A stretch of 63,527 nt of DNA, the filler included, from Reclinomonas americana ATCC 50394 (lineage: Eukaryota), in NCBI GenBank assembly GCA_048213135.1. It is 14 parts of 14 records of this genome, joined end to end, with 100 filler letters (N's around TTAATTAATTAA, not from the genome) between each part and the next. Parts side by side here need not be neighbours in the genome. Positions count along the whole stretch, not along the records: positions 27,942 to 35,478 come from AFZH01020642.1; positions 35,579 to 38,743 come from AFZH01020643.1; positions 38,844 to 42,049 come from AFZH01020644.1; positions 42,150 to 45,155 come from AFZH01020645.1; positions 45,256 to 49,924 come from AFZH01020646.1; 9 more parts are not named here. One strand, 5' to 3'. Of the stretch, positions 31,365-47,635 are shown in pieces; positions within the stretch are counted from its first letter, which is position 1, and each line of letters starts with the position of its first letter. The notes under the pieces are model-generated. The model saw only the letters and a list, made by a program, of their open reading frames with translations, searched no databases and was not told the origin of the DNA. The translations under genes were made by a program, and so were the position numbers.

Positions 31365-34300
31365 CTATATGCTGACCAGATGAATGCCGGCGTGCCTGCG
31401 ATCTGTGAGGCTGCCACTTGCACTTCCACTGCCACCGGCAACGCCGCTACCGGGGAACGATGATTCGGACGACGCGCCTGCCGCCGAACCCACAATCGCC
31501 AACTCTTCCGTGTTGAGCATCGGCAGATTGATACCACTGCCGGAACCAGAGCCGGCACGCGGCCGCTTCGGCACCATCTTCTGGCCCGTCAGCACGAGCG
31601 AGGCGTTGAACTGTCCAATCTATTACAGTGAGTCTTTTCCCTCGCAGCACGTCTCACTCACACACACACATGCACACGCAACTTGCGATCGCATGGACGA
31701 GAACTTGTAGGGTGCACGGTGCAGCAAGCGCCACAGACCAGTGTCGAATGTCTTGGCGTTCTCCACGTCCTGCACACACTCGTGTTAGCATCGAAACACC
31801 GCGTACGTCTCTCTCTCTCTATGTCACCACCACACGCAACGAGTTCCACGCCACCCGACTTGGGGCAGTACAGTCCAGAATCGGGCAAATCCACAAGCAC
31901 CTTGACAATGTCGGGCAGCATTCGCGAGACGAGATCCTGCGTGACGTGCGTGCTGAAGCTGAGGTCCGGCGACGAGTTGATCTCGATCAGCCAGCTGTCA
32001 AACTGATCGTCGATCATGAAGTCGTAGCCAAACAACTCAAACGAGTTCTTGCGCGATTCCACCATGTCCTGCACCGACTCCAACGCCCACACCACAATGC
32101 GCTTCATCGCCGGCTGAATCTTCTCCAGCCACAAATCGCGCCCGTACGTAGTTCTGCCAGGTGCGTAGCAGTGAGGTCTCTGCCACAAGAATGACAACAT
32201 AGTACAGAAGTGTCGTACGCACTGAAGCCAGGCCTGGAACTCGTTCGTGTGCCACATGTTGCCTTCGATTTCGGTCTCGTCGAAATCCTCAGAGTCCTTC
32301 TGGATCGAGTTGTTGGCCAGGTGGATGAAACTGCCAGCACGCTACAGTCAGCTCCCACAGTCGATTCCACCGGAAAAAAAGGACAGCTACGCACCAGTCG
32401 TCGACATTGTCCAGCGTGAAGTCGTGCACACAAAAACGCAGGTACGCCTCATCAAAGAACCACACTGTCAGCGGGTTCCAGTCGGTCACCAGCACCCACT
32501 GTCGAATGTCGAACTTTTTCCGGTTGATCGTCAGCGGCGCCTCAATGTACTTTTGTGCCACAAATGCATCCTTTTCTCGATCCTTTGTGTACTCCTTGAT
32601 GCGATCGAGGCTGTTGAAGCAGGCAATGCCTACAGACAATCATCATAGGTTTCAGCGCACAATCCGTGTGGAAAAGAAGAGCGTCTGTCTCCCTCCCTGC
32701 AACTCACCTCGTCCACGTGACAGACGACCCGGCTTCACAATCCACACATTGCGCACGCCCTCAATGTGATACTGCGGGTTGCGCTCCTGCAGGATCGACA
32801 GCACCTTGTTGGCTCTCATCTCCAGCTCGTCCCACGCTCCACCGCTGCCTGCCGCGGCGCTCGCGGACCCCGACCCTGCAGCTCTCGGAGTCGCACTCTT
32901 GCCTGCAGTGGCTCGAGGTGGTACGCCTGAAAGTCCCAACAGCGTGCTTTGCAACTCCTCTACAAGATGGCGCATGCTCGTGAGCTCTTGCGGTCACAGT
33001 GACGAAAAAAACAGAGACATCTACACGCACCTCCAGAGAGTCCCGGTTGCGCACAGACCGAAGCGTACGACTCGGCCGGCACCTTCCACACCTTCTCCCA
33101 CTCCTCCGCCGTCAGCTCGCGGAACTCACCAAAGCCAAACAGCTGCGAGATGGTGAGCGACCAAGCAGCACCCGCCATGGAGGAAGGAAGACGCAACATC
33201 TTCACACAGCTCCCATGTTTGCAGAACGTGATTCTCGCACGCCTGCAGCGCCAGTCGCACAACGGCGGGGTCGAACTTGTCACGCTGTCGCATTTTGACA
33301 AACACTCGCAACAGTGATGTGGCAGCCGTCAGCTTGTACTCGTCTACAGTCAGAGATGAGAACAAGCTGTGTGCGTGCACTCCCTTTCACCACTGGACGC
33401 AACATTCAAACTCGTCCAACTGCTCCTTCGACAGCTCAAAACATCGCGGGAAGAATATCCGCAAATCCACGTCGGCGTACCACCGAATGCCCGACAAGTT
33501 GTTCATCAGGCCAATCTTGGAGACAATGACCGAGTTGCGTTCAAAGTGGTTGACAATCTGCGTCTTGTTCAGCGTCTTGTACGGGATCTCCTTGGCTTTG
33601 AGGGCCCACTTGAAGTCGAAGAAGAGACTCTCGGGATCGGGGTTCTCGTGCCATCCACGCTCCAACAGAGCATTGCGCAAGCCCGGCAAGTTGCATGTCA
33701 TGCAAAAGATCTGTGCGCCCATCGCCGTTGCGGGTGAGCATAAAAAGTGACGCGAGTCAGCGTGGCGGCAGCGGCAGCCGTCGCAACTCTTGCTTCCGAA
33801 TCAATTCCGTGCCGCGACTTCCACTTGTGAATGTCCGACACAGATGCCTGACCGACCTTGTTGATGTGCAGGCGGCTGATCAGTTGCTCTGGAAACCAGC
33901 TGTCAGTGGACTGAGAGAAACACGGATGATTGCGTTCGTATTACACACCCCTCTGCGTGTGCGTCAGGTGGACCTTGGATTCGGTGTCCTCCGCACTCGG
34001 CGACTCCATCAATCCCAGTGAACTCGTGCTGCGTGCCAACTTGCCGCGTGCAATCAGCTGTTTTCTGTGGTGGCAAAGAGAGAACGAGAGTGAGTGAGAG
34101 AGACAGGATGGATGAAATGAGAGGACGACGAAACGGTGAGGTTGGCGACTGTCGCGAGGGCACTCGAGGCCTCTCGGGATGCTCTTCCAGCAGGCGTGCA
34201 AGAGTCGAGTCCTGTGGTTTGCACGGTGTGAGACAAACGAGACACGGCGTTCGTTGACATCGTGGCTACAAACTGACCGCCGATGAATGCGTGCGTGGGC

Positions 34301-35386
34301 GCGGCTGCGATGGCGGCCGCGGCTTGGCCTTTTGTACCACTGGTGACTCACTACGCTGCGGTGACGCCGGCTCTGCGCCTTCCTCGGAAGCGTTTTGATA
34401 CCTGCAATCGACCAGCGGTGTTTTGTGTGAGTTTCAGAATCAAAACTTCCTCCTCTCGCGCCCCCAACGACACTCACCATCTGTCCTTGGTGCTCGTCAC
34501 CTCGGCCACACCGAGCTTGCGCTTCAACTTTGCATGCATCTCCTCCTGCTGCCGCTGTTTCTCCGCCCTGCCCAACTCATCACACGTTAATATAAAGAAA
34601 CAGGCATTCCGGACACGAAATCCGCAATCACCTCTGCTCCTCGCGTGCCTTGCGCTCCAGCTCCATGTCGCGCAGCATCTCCTGATGCCTCTGCTTCAAC
34701 TCCAAGAACTTCTTCGACGGCCGGCGCTTGGGCGCCTGCGGAACCGAACCACGCGACTGCTTGCGCCCCTTGACCGCGTCCTCCACCGCCTCATCGTCCG
34801 CAAACTCATCTCCCGCATACGTACTCGTCAACTGCTGTTGCCGTGCCTGCGTCCTCTCCGCCGCCTGCTCTCTCTTAAGCATAACAGCAAGCAAGTCGCG
34901 GCGAACGATTGACACACACACCTCCAGCAAGATGCGTTGGCGAAGCTTCTCCCGAGCCGCTCGTTCCTTGGCAAGCTCTGCCTCACGCAACTTCTGCTGC
35001 TCTCTGTTGCGCTCCGCCAGCTGCTCAATGAACACCTACACACGCGAATGAGCACACACAGCGAGAGCAAGTAAAGCGACAGGCACACACACCATGTTCC
35101 GTCGCTCCCATCCGCCATGACCAGGATGCGTGGCACTTCGCACAGGCGGAGGCGGAGGTGGCGGAAGAGCAGCAGGCACAGCACTATTGAAGGTGACATC
35201 GTGCAGCGGAGGTCGCCGGGCTGATGCAACGACAACGGTCGACGCCGCTGCTGCTGATGATGTCACCTCCTCGCCACCGGCCGCCGCAACCGCCGCCACA
35301 ACCGCCGCCGTGATCTCCGGCAGCGTCATGTTGCGCGTCGGAGATGACCGCGAGAGAAGAGGACGCGGAGACGCCTCTGTCGCCAT
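31365..35386 (-). CDS. TTLL3: Tubulin monoglycylase, TTLL3/TTLL8 family, with an N-terminal coiled-coil/low-complexity extension
   Basis: LRNALLERGW, QIVNHF..SKIGL, FFPRCF, QYHIEGVRNVWIVKPGRLSRGRGI, VAQKYIEAPL..RKKFDIRQWVLVTDWNPLTVWFF..YLRFC, IHLANNSIQK, SFELFGYDFMID..WLIEINSSP, DTGLW; start inferred at MATEASPRP (35386). Confidence 0.88.
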
Positions 35387-35641
35387 TCGCCAAAACACGC
35401 GCAGTAACGCAACAATGGACAGATGCGGCTCGCGTGCCCGGCGACTGTCCGCATTTGTACACCTGTACACAGCTGCAANNNNNNNNNNNNNNNNNNNNNN
35501 NNNNNNNNNNNNNNNNNNNNNNTTAATTAATTAANNNNNNNNNNNNNNNNNNNNNNNNNNNNNNNNNNNNNNNNNNNNCAACACGTGCCAGTGCACAAAG
35601 GAAAAGTTCTCCTCTTGCTCACTCATCGTCTTGTAAAACAG

Positions 35642-39358
<3,717 letters not shown>

Positions 39359-39767
39359 CAAAAACTTGCGCGGAGAAGAGAAGCAAATGAAGTCGACGAT
39401 ATATATCGAACGGAGAATATTCCGCGTTGCGGTCGATGCACATATGCTTGTTGTTAAGCGACACACAAGAGCACTCTTGTCTTGCACACACGCGCGAGAC
39501 TGACGGAGAAAAGCACCACTTGAAAAATCAGTGGCCCGAGATGGCCCGATCTCGGGAGCCGCGTGGGGCCACTGATCTTCCGCACAAGGAGATGCTGATT
39601 CTGTGACCCAAGAGCACGCGAGAGTGAACGCGCAAGACACAAAGAGTGAGAGAAAGAAGAAGAAGAAGAAGAAGAACACACAAGAGAGCTTTTCATCGTC
39701 CGCCTGCTCGAAAAGTATATTGTGTGTTTGTCACTCACGTGCACGTGGAAGCAAAACACAAAGACAC

Positions 39768-41631
39768 ATGGCAACGCGTCTTCTGTCTCTGCTGCTTCTC
39801 ATTGCGCTGTTGTGCGTTGCAGCATGTGCCGGTGAGAGAGAGAAACAGAAAGACAGAGAGAGAGAGAGAGAGAGAGAGATGCTCAGCCGTTGTGAAACAG
39901 AGAGAGAGAGAGAGACTGACAAGAGGTTTCATTGTGCAGCTGCGTCCACGGAGGCCAGCAGTGAGGAAGACGACACTGTGCGCATTGTCGGCGGCAGTGT
40001 GGTCACTGACCCAACCGCAGTGCGTGTGTTGGTTGACAGTCACACTGACAGAAGACTCACACACTCACTCTCTCTTCTCCCTCTCTGTGTGTGCGCGCGT
40101 AGTACCCGTTCATGGTCAGCTTCCAAGTCAACCGCTCACCGTTCTGCGGAGGTGCGCGCGCGTGTGTGTGTGTGTGCGTCTGTGTGAAAGAGACACTGAC
40201 TGACTTGCACACACGCACGCGCAGGATCTTTGATTGCGGCCAACGTTGTGCTCACTGCTGGTGTGTGTGTGTGTGTGTGTGTGTGCCCGTGTCACTCACT
40301 CACTCTTCCTGGTCTCTTACACACACTTACACACACAGCTCACTGTTTCACTCCCGGGCAATCGCTGTCCGGAATCGTCGCTGTGGTTTCGTGCGAGGAT
40401 CTCACGCGCGCGAGTGCTTCCACACTCCCTCTGACATACACTCTGTCTCTTTGTCTCTGTCTGTGTCTGTCTTAGGTGGGTCGCATTGACACGCAGAGCA
40501 ATTCGGGTCAGGAGATTTCGGTGTCGAGCTTCACGCGCCACCCAGACTATGTCGGCTCCAGCACCAATCAGTCCAACGATCTGTGCCTGGTGTTCCTCAG
40601 TCGCTCGGCCACCTGCGGAACCACTGTCAATCCGGTGAAGCTCAACACGGCAATCATGGCTGTGGGGTTGCGTTGTTTTCACTCCCTTCTCCTCACCTCC
40701 TCAGCTCACGTCTTTTGCAGCACCAATGTGACTCCCGTTGGCTTTGGGTTGACCAGCGGTGCGTCCTTCTTCTCCTTCTTTTCGCATTCAGTGCTGTTGT
40801 TGTTGATTCGCCACCGCCATTCATTCTTGTTTATCATCGCCACCACCGCAGACCCGACGACGACCAACGCCACCACCTCGCAATTCCTGAAACAGTGGGT
40901 CTCTCTCTTGTATTTTTTTACTCTCATTTGTGCACTGGTACTGAACTGTGTTTCTTACGTGGATTAGAGTGACGCTGACTGTCGGCTCGTGCCCGACACT
41001 GGCCTCGGGTGACTTTTGCATGGTCGCACCGGCCGGCACCGATTCGTGCAATGTTTCGTCTCCCTCGCCACACACACACGCGTGCGCTTTTTGTCTCTTC
41101 CCTAACTCGCTGTGTGTGTGTGTGTGTGTGTGCCTACGCGTGCAGGGCGACTCTGGTGGCCCCGTGGTCGCCGACAACCACGTGCTGGTGGGCGTCACCA
41201 GTCGCGGCCCGGCCGCTTGTGGTGCGGCCAACTCCACGCCGATCAATACGCGTGTGTCGTCGTATGTCTCGTGGATTCAGTCGTTGACCAGCGGCACCGA
41301 GACGGGTGCTTATAACTCTGGCACCGGTGCGTCCCCCTCCCTGTGCGCTCGTTTAAGGCCGAGCACTGATTGGGTTTTTATGTCGTGACAACTTTCTGTT
41401 TCTCTTGTCCATTCTTCGCATCTCGCCCGTTGTGTTTCGTTATTTGTTTTCTTCTCCCTCCACGCAGGAATCTCAACCGGTCTGGCTGCTGCTTGCGCAA
41501 CATCAACAGGCGGTGGTGGCTCCAGCAGTGGCGGTGGCACCACTGGTGGCAACGCTGCTTCGCCCGTGACCACATCGTCGTCGCTTTTCTTGTTTGGCGC
41601 CGCCGCCGCCGCCTTGCTCTTGTTCTTGTAG
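39768..41631 (+). CDS. Trypsin-family (S1A) serine protease with signal peptide and predicted GPI-anchor signal
   Basis: Signal MATRLLSLLLLIALLCVAACA; activation site R|IVGG; FCGGSLI..VLTAAHC (His); NDLCL (Asp); DSCNGDSGGP (Ser); RVSSYVSWI; Gly/Ser/Thr linker and hydrophobic end NAASPVTTSSSLFLFGAAAAALLLFL*. Confidence 0.92.
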
Positions 41632-43252
41632 TACTTTAGCAACGCCTTTCCCTCTTTACTTTGTGTTCCTCTCTCACGTCTGAAACTTTCCCTCGTCGTC
41701 TGTCGTCTGCGTGCAGCAGTGGTGGTAGTGAACGAGAGAGCTTCAGTGACGATGTTTATCTGTGTCTGTATTCAACTCGCACGGCTAGAGGTATTTCCTT
41801 ATCTCTCATTGCCTCTCTGGTGTCGAGTGTGCATGGCCGCTGTCACTCGAGGCGGACATGCAAGTCTCGATCTCTGAAAAAGAATGGTGCCCTTCTTAAC
41901 TATTGGGGGGTGCGAGTGCACGTCAGTGTGTAGGTGCTGTTTTCGTGCTCTATGTCACAAAAGGATTGCAGGCACACAGTGAGTGCGTGGAAAGGAGTAG
42001 GAGGAGGGCGCGTGACATGTCAGCAGCAATACCACCACACCACACATTCNNNNNNNNNNNNNNNNNNNNNNNNNNNNNNNNNNNNNNNNNNNNTTAATTA
42101 ATTAANNNNNNNNNNNNNNNNNNNNNNNNNNNNNNNNNNNNNNNNNNNNTCAAGAAGATGTGAACAACAGCAATCGCAGCAGCTCTAGAGGAGTCGCCTG
42201 CTGCATTGCATGACGTGTTTCTTCACCCCCATGGTGCAGCCAAAGAGGCGTCCGTGGAGGCAGCGAATCATGCATGTGCATGGCTGACATCCAATAAAAC
42301 ATGCGTGATTCGTCGGAGCGCAAAGGGCAGTGACGGTCGTCTGCACAAAGCGGTGACGCTGCGTGTTTCATATTGCTGGGCGCCACTGGTTCGCCGTCGT
42401 GTGCACTCTTGTTGAAGAGTGTGCGTGAGAATTTCGAATGCGAACAAACCGGCTGACTTGCGCATGCAACGCCGTGTCTTGTCTTTTTTCGAGCGGGACT
42501 GACTGTGTCAGTGCAAAGGAGGAGAGCGTTTGGAAGTTGCGAAGGGCGCACACGAGCATGTGTGCAGATCGCACGCTTTGGCACAGGTGTTTTGATATTG
42601 ACCAACGCACTAAAAGGCATTTGTCAAGCAGAAAAGCAGAGTGCAGATGTCAAATCGAGATGGATTGAAAGCTGCCGGCAAGCATTGCGTCGCGGTGCAA
42701 CAAACTAGGCGAGAGCACACGACCAACAACAACTTTGAATTGCAACAATTGCAGCACACAGGCCTCCAAACCAGTATTGCAGCTTTTCGCTAAAGTAGCT
42801 ACACTGGTAACAGGAGCGTTGATGGCAGTGCCAGCTGCGCAGTGATATTTGTAGTGAAATCCATGCTTCTCATGAGGCGTGGTTTCTCGAACAGAAACGC
42901 CAACATTAGACATCTCGACTTTCCGCACATTTTACGCGATGTCTTAGTCTCTAGTGCTCACTTTGAGATGGTGATCATCTTGCAGCTGTGTTGTTGCTGG
43001 GTTTAGAAAAGTTGTTGTTGGGTGAAACTCGAGCGACGGCAGAACCAACAAGCTGGCAAGCGGGCACCGCGACAGCCACCCAAACTCCATCACTGCTTGC
43101 GTTTCATCATCCTAATTCACAATCAAACGCGAACAGGCTGCAACAGGGTCGCCATGCTGCACTTGTCGCTGCTGTATTGTATTCCGGTATTGTCATCAAT
43201 GATTATTTTGTACGCACAACCACCGCGCACGCTCCACTCGCCTGCCACCAGC

Positions 43253-45350
43253 ATGGCCACTAACACACAGTCCATTACGACAGACACGCCATCACCTCCG
43301 CAGCAAGCTCAACGCAAGAGCGTAACAAAAGTTGCGCACGTCCATCATCCGTCGGATTCACTGCACTCGAACTTATTGTGCGAGAGAATGCTGCGGCCTG
43401 TCGACTACCTCATCGACTTGGGGTGCGTATCACAGTACATGTTCCTTCACACATGCACACTCACTCTCACCTCGACGCAGCACCGAGACCGCCAAGACTC
43501 TCAACAATGAATGTACTTGCCTCCTCACCTCCGCCACCACCACTGCAGCAACATGCACTCACACACACACTCTCTCTCTTTCACTCACACGCAGTATGGC
43601 AACTCTCCAGTCAGCTGTGCACGGCCGCCGCCGCTGCTCTGCTGCACTACTTTCACCGCGTTGCGTTCTCATCTCCGATGACACACTCACTGTGTTCTCA
43701 CTGTTCCTCACCCTCTGCGTGTGTTGCATGTGTACAGCCTGGGCACTACGAGGATGTCCGCATGATGGACGATCCGTTGCGTGCACGGCCCGATTCTCCG
43801 CATGCATGCATGCATTCTCTCTCGCTTTCTCACTCTCCCTTTCCCTCCCTCTCCCTCTCACTCCACAGTGACGACGAGGCAGCATCGAGTGGTGCCGCTG
43901 TGCCGCCCTTTGCTGGCGACGACTCCGACGGAGAGTCTCCGCGGCCTCCTCGGTTCGTTGCTCAGCAGTGCTGCTGCTTCACTACACTCGTACACAGTCT
44001 CACTCCTGCTCTCTCCTCCCTGCTCAGCGCGGCTCGTCGTGCAGCAACACCACCTCCACCACCACCACCACCTGCTCCGTCGTCGCCGCCTCTCCCACCA
44101 CCACCACCACCTCCGCGCAGTCGCCTGGCCCGCCTGCGCAGTCAGGTGTATGCGTTTGCTGCTCGGCTGCTCTCCTGGCTGCTGGCACCCGTGCTTTTTG
44201 TCTACCGCTTTGTTCGACTGTGGGTCGGCTTCTTGCGCCTGTTCCGTGGCCCCAAGTACCGCCAGGAGCGGCAGATGCGACGCTCGGAGAGTGGTGCATT
44301 CCTCCCCCGCCTCGGCTACACGTCTTTTTTTTCTTTCTCTTTGCTGACAGTCGGTGGATGATCAGGCGTGTTTCAGATCTCGACGCACACCACATACGAC
44401 CGCATGCACTGGCGAGAGCACGTCAACACCGGCTTGCTGGAGGACATTTTCGTCAACTCGCAGCTGCTCATCGACGCCTGGTCGCGCGCGTTAAAGTACA
44501 TTGTGCGCCTGCGACTGGTCATGGCGTTTCGTGAACTGTGGGAGGCGCTGCTGCGTTTTCGTCCCGCGCAGCTTCTCTCGCCCAACACGCTAGGTGTGTC
44601 GACATGGCCACCCTGTGCGCTGTGGCTGTAATCACTTACTTGAACATGCAATGGCAGACAATCGCTCCAACCGCGAGATCGTCGAGTCAGAAGGTGCGGG
44701 ATATACTACGTGGCAGTCATCACAGCGTCGTCTCTCTTTCCCCCGCTGAGCGCACTGTTTGTTGTTGTGCAACAGGATATCCGTACGAGAGTTTCGAGAT
44801 CGAGACCGAGGACGGTTACTTGCTGACCCTCGAGCGCATCCCGCATCGGCGCTCCACTCGTGCCGTGTATTTCCAGCACGGCGTTCTCGACTCGTCGTAC
44901 GCGTGGATCGCCAACGGTTTGCCGCCCTTCTGCATCCTCTATACTGCATGCACCCTTCTCACAATTATTTGCCCATGTGCACCGTCAGGCCTCAGTACGT
45001 CGCATGCTCGAGAATGTTGTTCCTCCGCACGCTGATTGTTTCCTCTCATGACGCAGTTGGGGCGCTGGCTTTCCGCGCTCACGATGCCGGCTTTGATGTG
45101 TTTCTCGGCAACTTTCGGTGAGTACCGTGGTTTCATTCTCTCTCTCTCTCTCTCTNNNNNNNNNNNNNNNNNNNNNNNNNNNNNNNNNNNNNNNNNNNNT
45201 TAATTAATTAANNNNNNNNNNNNNNNNNNNNNNNNNNNNNNNNNNNNNNNNNNNNGTCGTCGGTCGGTCGGTCGGTCGTCGTCCGTCGTCGTCGTCGTCG
45301 TCGTCGTCGTTCGTTCGTTCGTCGTTCGTCGTACGTCGTCGTCGTCGTCG

Positions 45351-45423
<73 letters not shown>

Positions 45424-47336
45424 CTCTCTTGAAGAAAGAGACTTTCTTTCTTGCAGCTTCGTCTCTTGTTCTTTTCACCATTTTTGACCTACACGTGGTA
45501 TACAGGGGAGTGCATGGGCAGCCGGCGAGTGAGCACGTACTGGGCGAGGCGGTGCGGGCGGCGGATTTTTGGAACTTTTCTCTCGATGAACTCGGCACGT
45601 GTGACGTGCGCGCCATTGTTGACAGTATTCGCGCGGTGAGGATGTCAATGCGCGTGTCGTGCACAAGCCCTCACTCACCTGCTGCGCACAACAACAGATC
45701 AAGTCGCGTGAGTTGTGCGAGCGCTACGGCCACGCCAACACATGCCCTCTGCATCGACCTGCAGGAAGTGCCTCCAACTCTGCAGTGTCCAGCCCACGAG
45801 GTGTGACGCGACCGGCGAGTGGCCGCGGTGGTGTTCTGGGAGAGACGGCTGCGGCTGGGTTGAAGGGATTGTCGCCGAATCGTGTGCCGGCCGCTCGGCC
45901 GTCGCCACAGTCCGACTTGCCGCGCCCGCTGACACCCACACTCATCTCACCGCACTCCTCTCGCTCCCGTCGACGGGGAGGCGGGAGTGGTCGGCCCAAA
46001 GACATTGGCCTTGTGCGATCGCCCGTGTCGCCAGTGCCATCCCCCTCGTCTCCCGTCGGTGACGTGACTCGTGCACGCAAGTGGTCCTATCTCTTCGCTC
46101 ACTCGATGTTTGCGCGCAGAGCACGTGGTGCCTGATACAACACCGCGCCGCTTGTCGCCCGACCCCGGGTGTTGCCTGTCGAGCATGGACATTGACATCA
46201 CTGCGGTGGCGCATTCGGTTCGTGGTGTGATTTATCGATGCCTGTCACACTCGCTCACTAATCCTTCCCTGCAGATGGGTGGTGCTGCGATGCTTGTGTA
46301 CGTTGCCGAGGCGCTGCGGCAAGGTCAGCCGCACCATTTGTCTTGCATGACGCTGCTGTCGCCAGCTGGCCTCCACCGCAAGGTGCGAAACCGTGTCGTA
46401 TCCTGCCACCTCCAAACCATGCTTCTTACCGCCTTCCTTTGTGTTGTTGTTGTCGGTCACCCAGCGCACCAAGTTTGTGTGGCTCCTCTTCAAGGTCGTC
46501 GGTCTGCTGATGGCACCCTTCCGCTCCGACTTGCACATTCCCGACTCGCTGCGCATTCTTTTGGCTCGCCTCCACCAAGACATTCGACACAATCCAGCCG
46601 CCTCCGACTGCTTCTCGTTCATCATCAGTACGCTGGTCACTGGTGGCAGTGTCAAGACGAATCCGTTTTCGTTCATCAACGACTTCCTGATGCACGGACT
46701 CAAGGGCATGTCGAGTCGGTTGTTTGCGCACTTTTCGCAATTGTGCGAGTCTGGCAGGTTCCAGGCGTACGACTATCGGAAAAAGGGCAATCGGTTGCGC
46801 TATGGCACCGACCGACCGCGCGCCTACTTTGACGCGTATAGCAAGGTGTGCAGTGGCTGTTTGCGAGTACTAGTTGCGCTCGTTGTTGTCGCTAATCTCA
46901 CGCATGTGTGTCTGTGCGCGCGCGCGTAGATTGACATCCCAGTGCATTTTATCGGCGGTGAACGAGATCAGATCATCATGGCCGACGATGTTCGGGAGCA
47001 GGCGGCTGTAATGGCGCGACACCACCCCGAGCTCATTGATTGCAAAATCTTTCCGGAGATTGGCCACATGGTTAGGCGCCTTGCGCGCTCGTTCCTTCGC
47101 CACTCCGCCGTCTGACATGTGCTGTCGCACAGGACTTCACGGTCGGCAGTCGACAAGAGGTGATTGAGCACGTGATGCGAATACTGACGGCAGAGCGCGA
47201 GCGCAGTGGATGGAGCCCGGGCATTCTCAGTGCCGCGCAGCGACCGTCTCCTCCCAAGCACGCAACGCCACCGGCACGCTCACCTCGCTCCGACTCGAGT
47301 CCTCACGTACCCCTTCTTGTCTTCCCATCGAAATAA
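43253..47336 (+). CDS. Alpha/beta-hydrolase lipase (lysosomal acid lipase / steryl ester hydrolase-like) with N-terminal extension; spans one gap
   Basis: GYPYESFEIETEDGYLLTLERIP, FQHGVLDSSYAWIAN, AGFDVFLGNFRG, FWNFSLDELGTCDV, nucleophile AHSMGG, HFSQL..SGRFQAYDY, GERD, GHMDF; stop at 47336. Confidence 0.88.
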
Positions 47337-47635
47337 CAACAATTAGCACCAAATATTTTCTCATTCACTCCTCTCTGTCTCACTTCTGTCTCCTGCGCAT
47401 GCACGCGCGCACATGCGACTGGCGTCTCGTGGGCGGACGAGAAATAGTCAGTCGGGTGCACAGAGGCAGCGAGGAAAGCAAACACACAAAAAAACAAACA
47501 CCGCGAGACAGAGATCCAACACAGCAACAGGTGCTCTCGAATGGAGATTGCAAAACACATAAACGCACAAACACCCAGTACAAGAGACTGGGATTAAGAG
47601 AGGAAACGAAAAACTTGAAAAATGGGGGAGGAAGC

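Noticed and set aside
42150..43250. Short ORFs in this interval and in 18800-19600
   Set aside because: No recognisable motifs or consistent exon chain; treated as intergenic.
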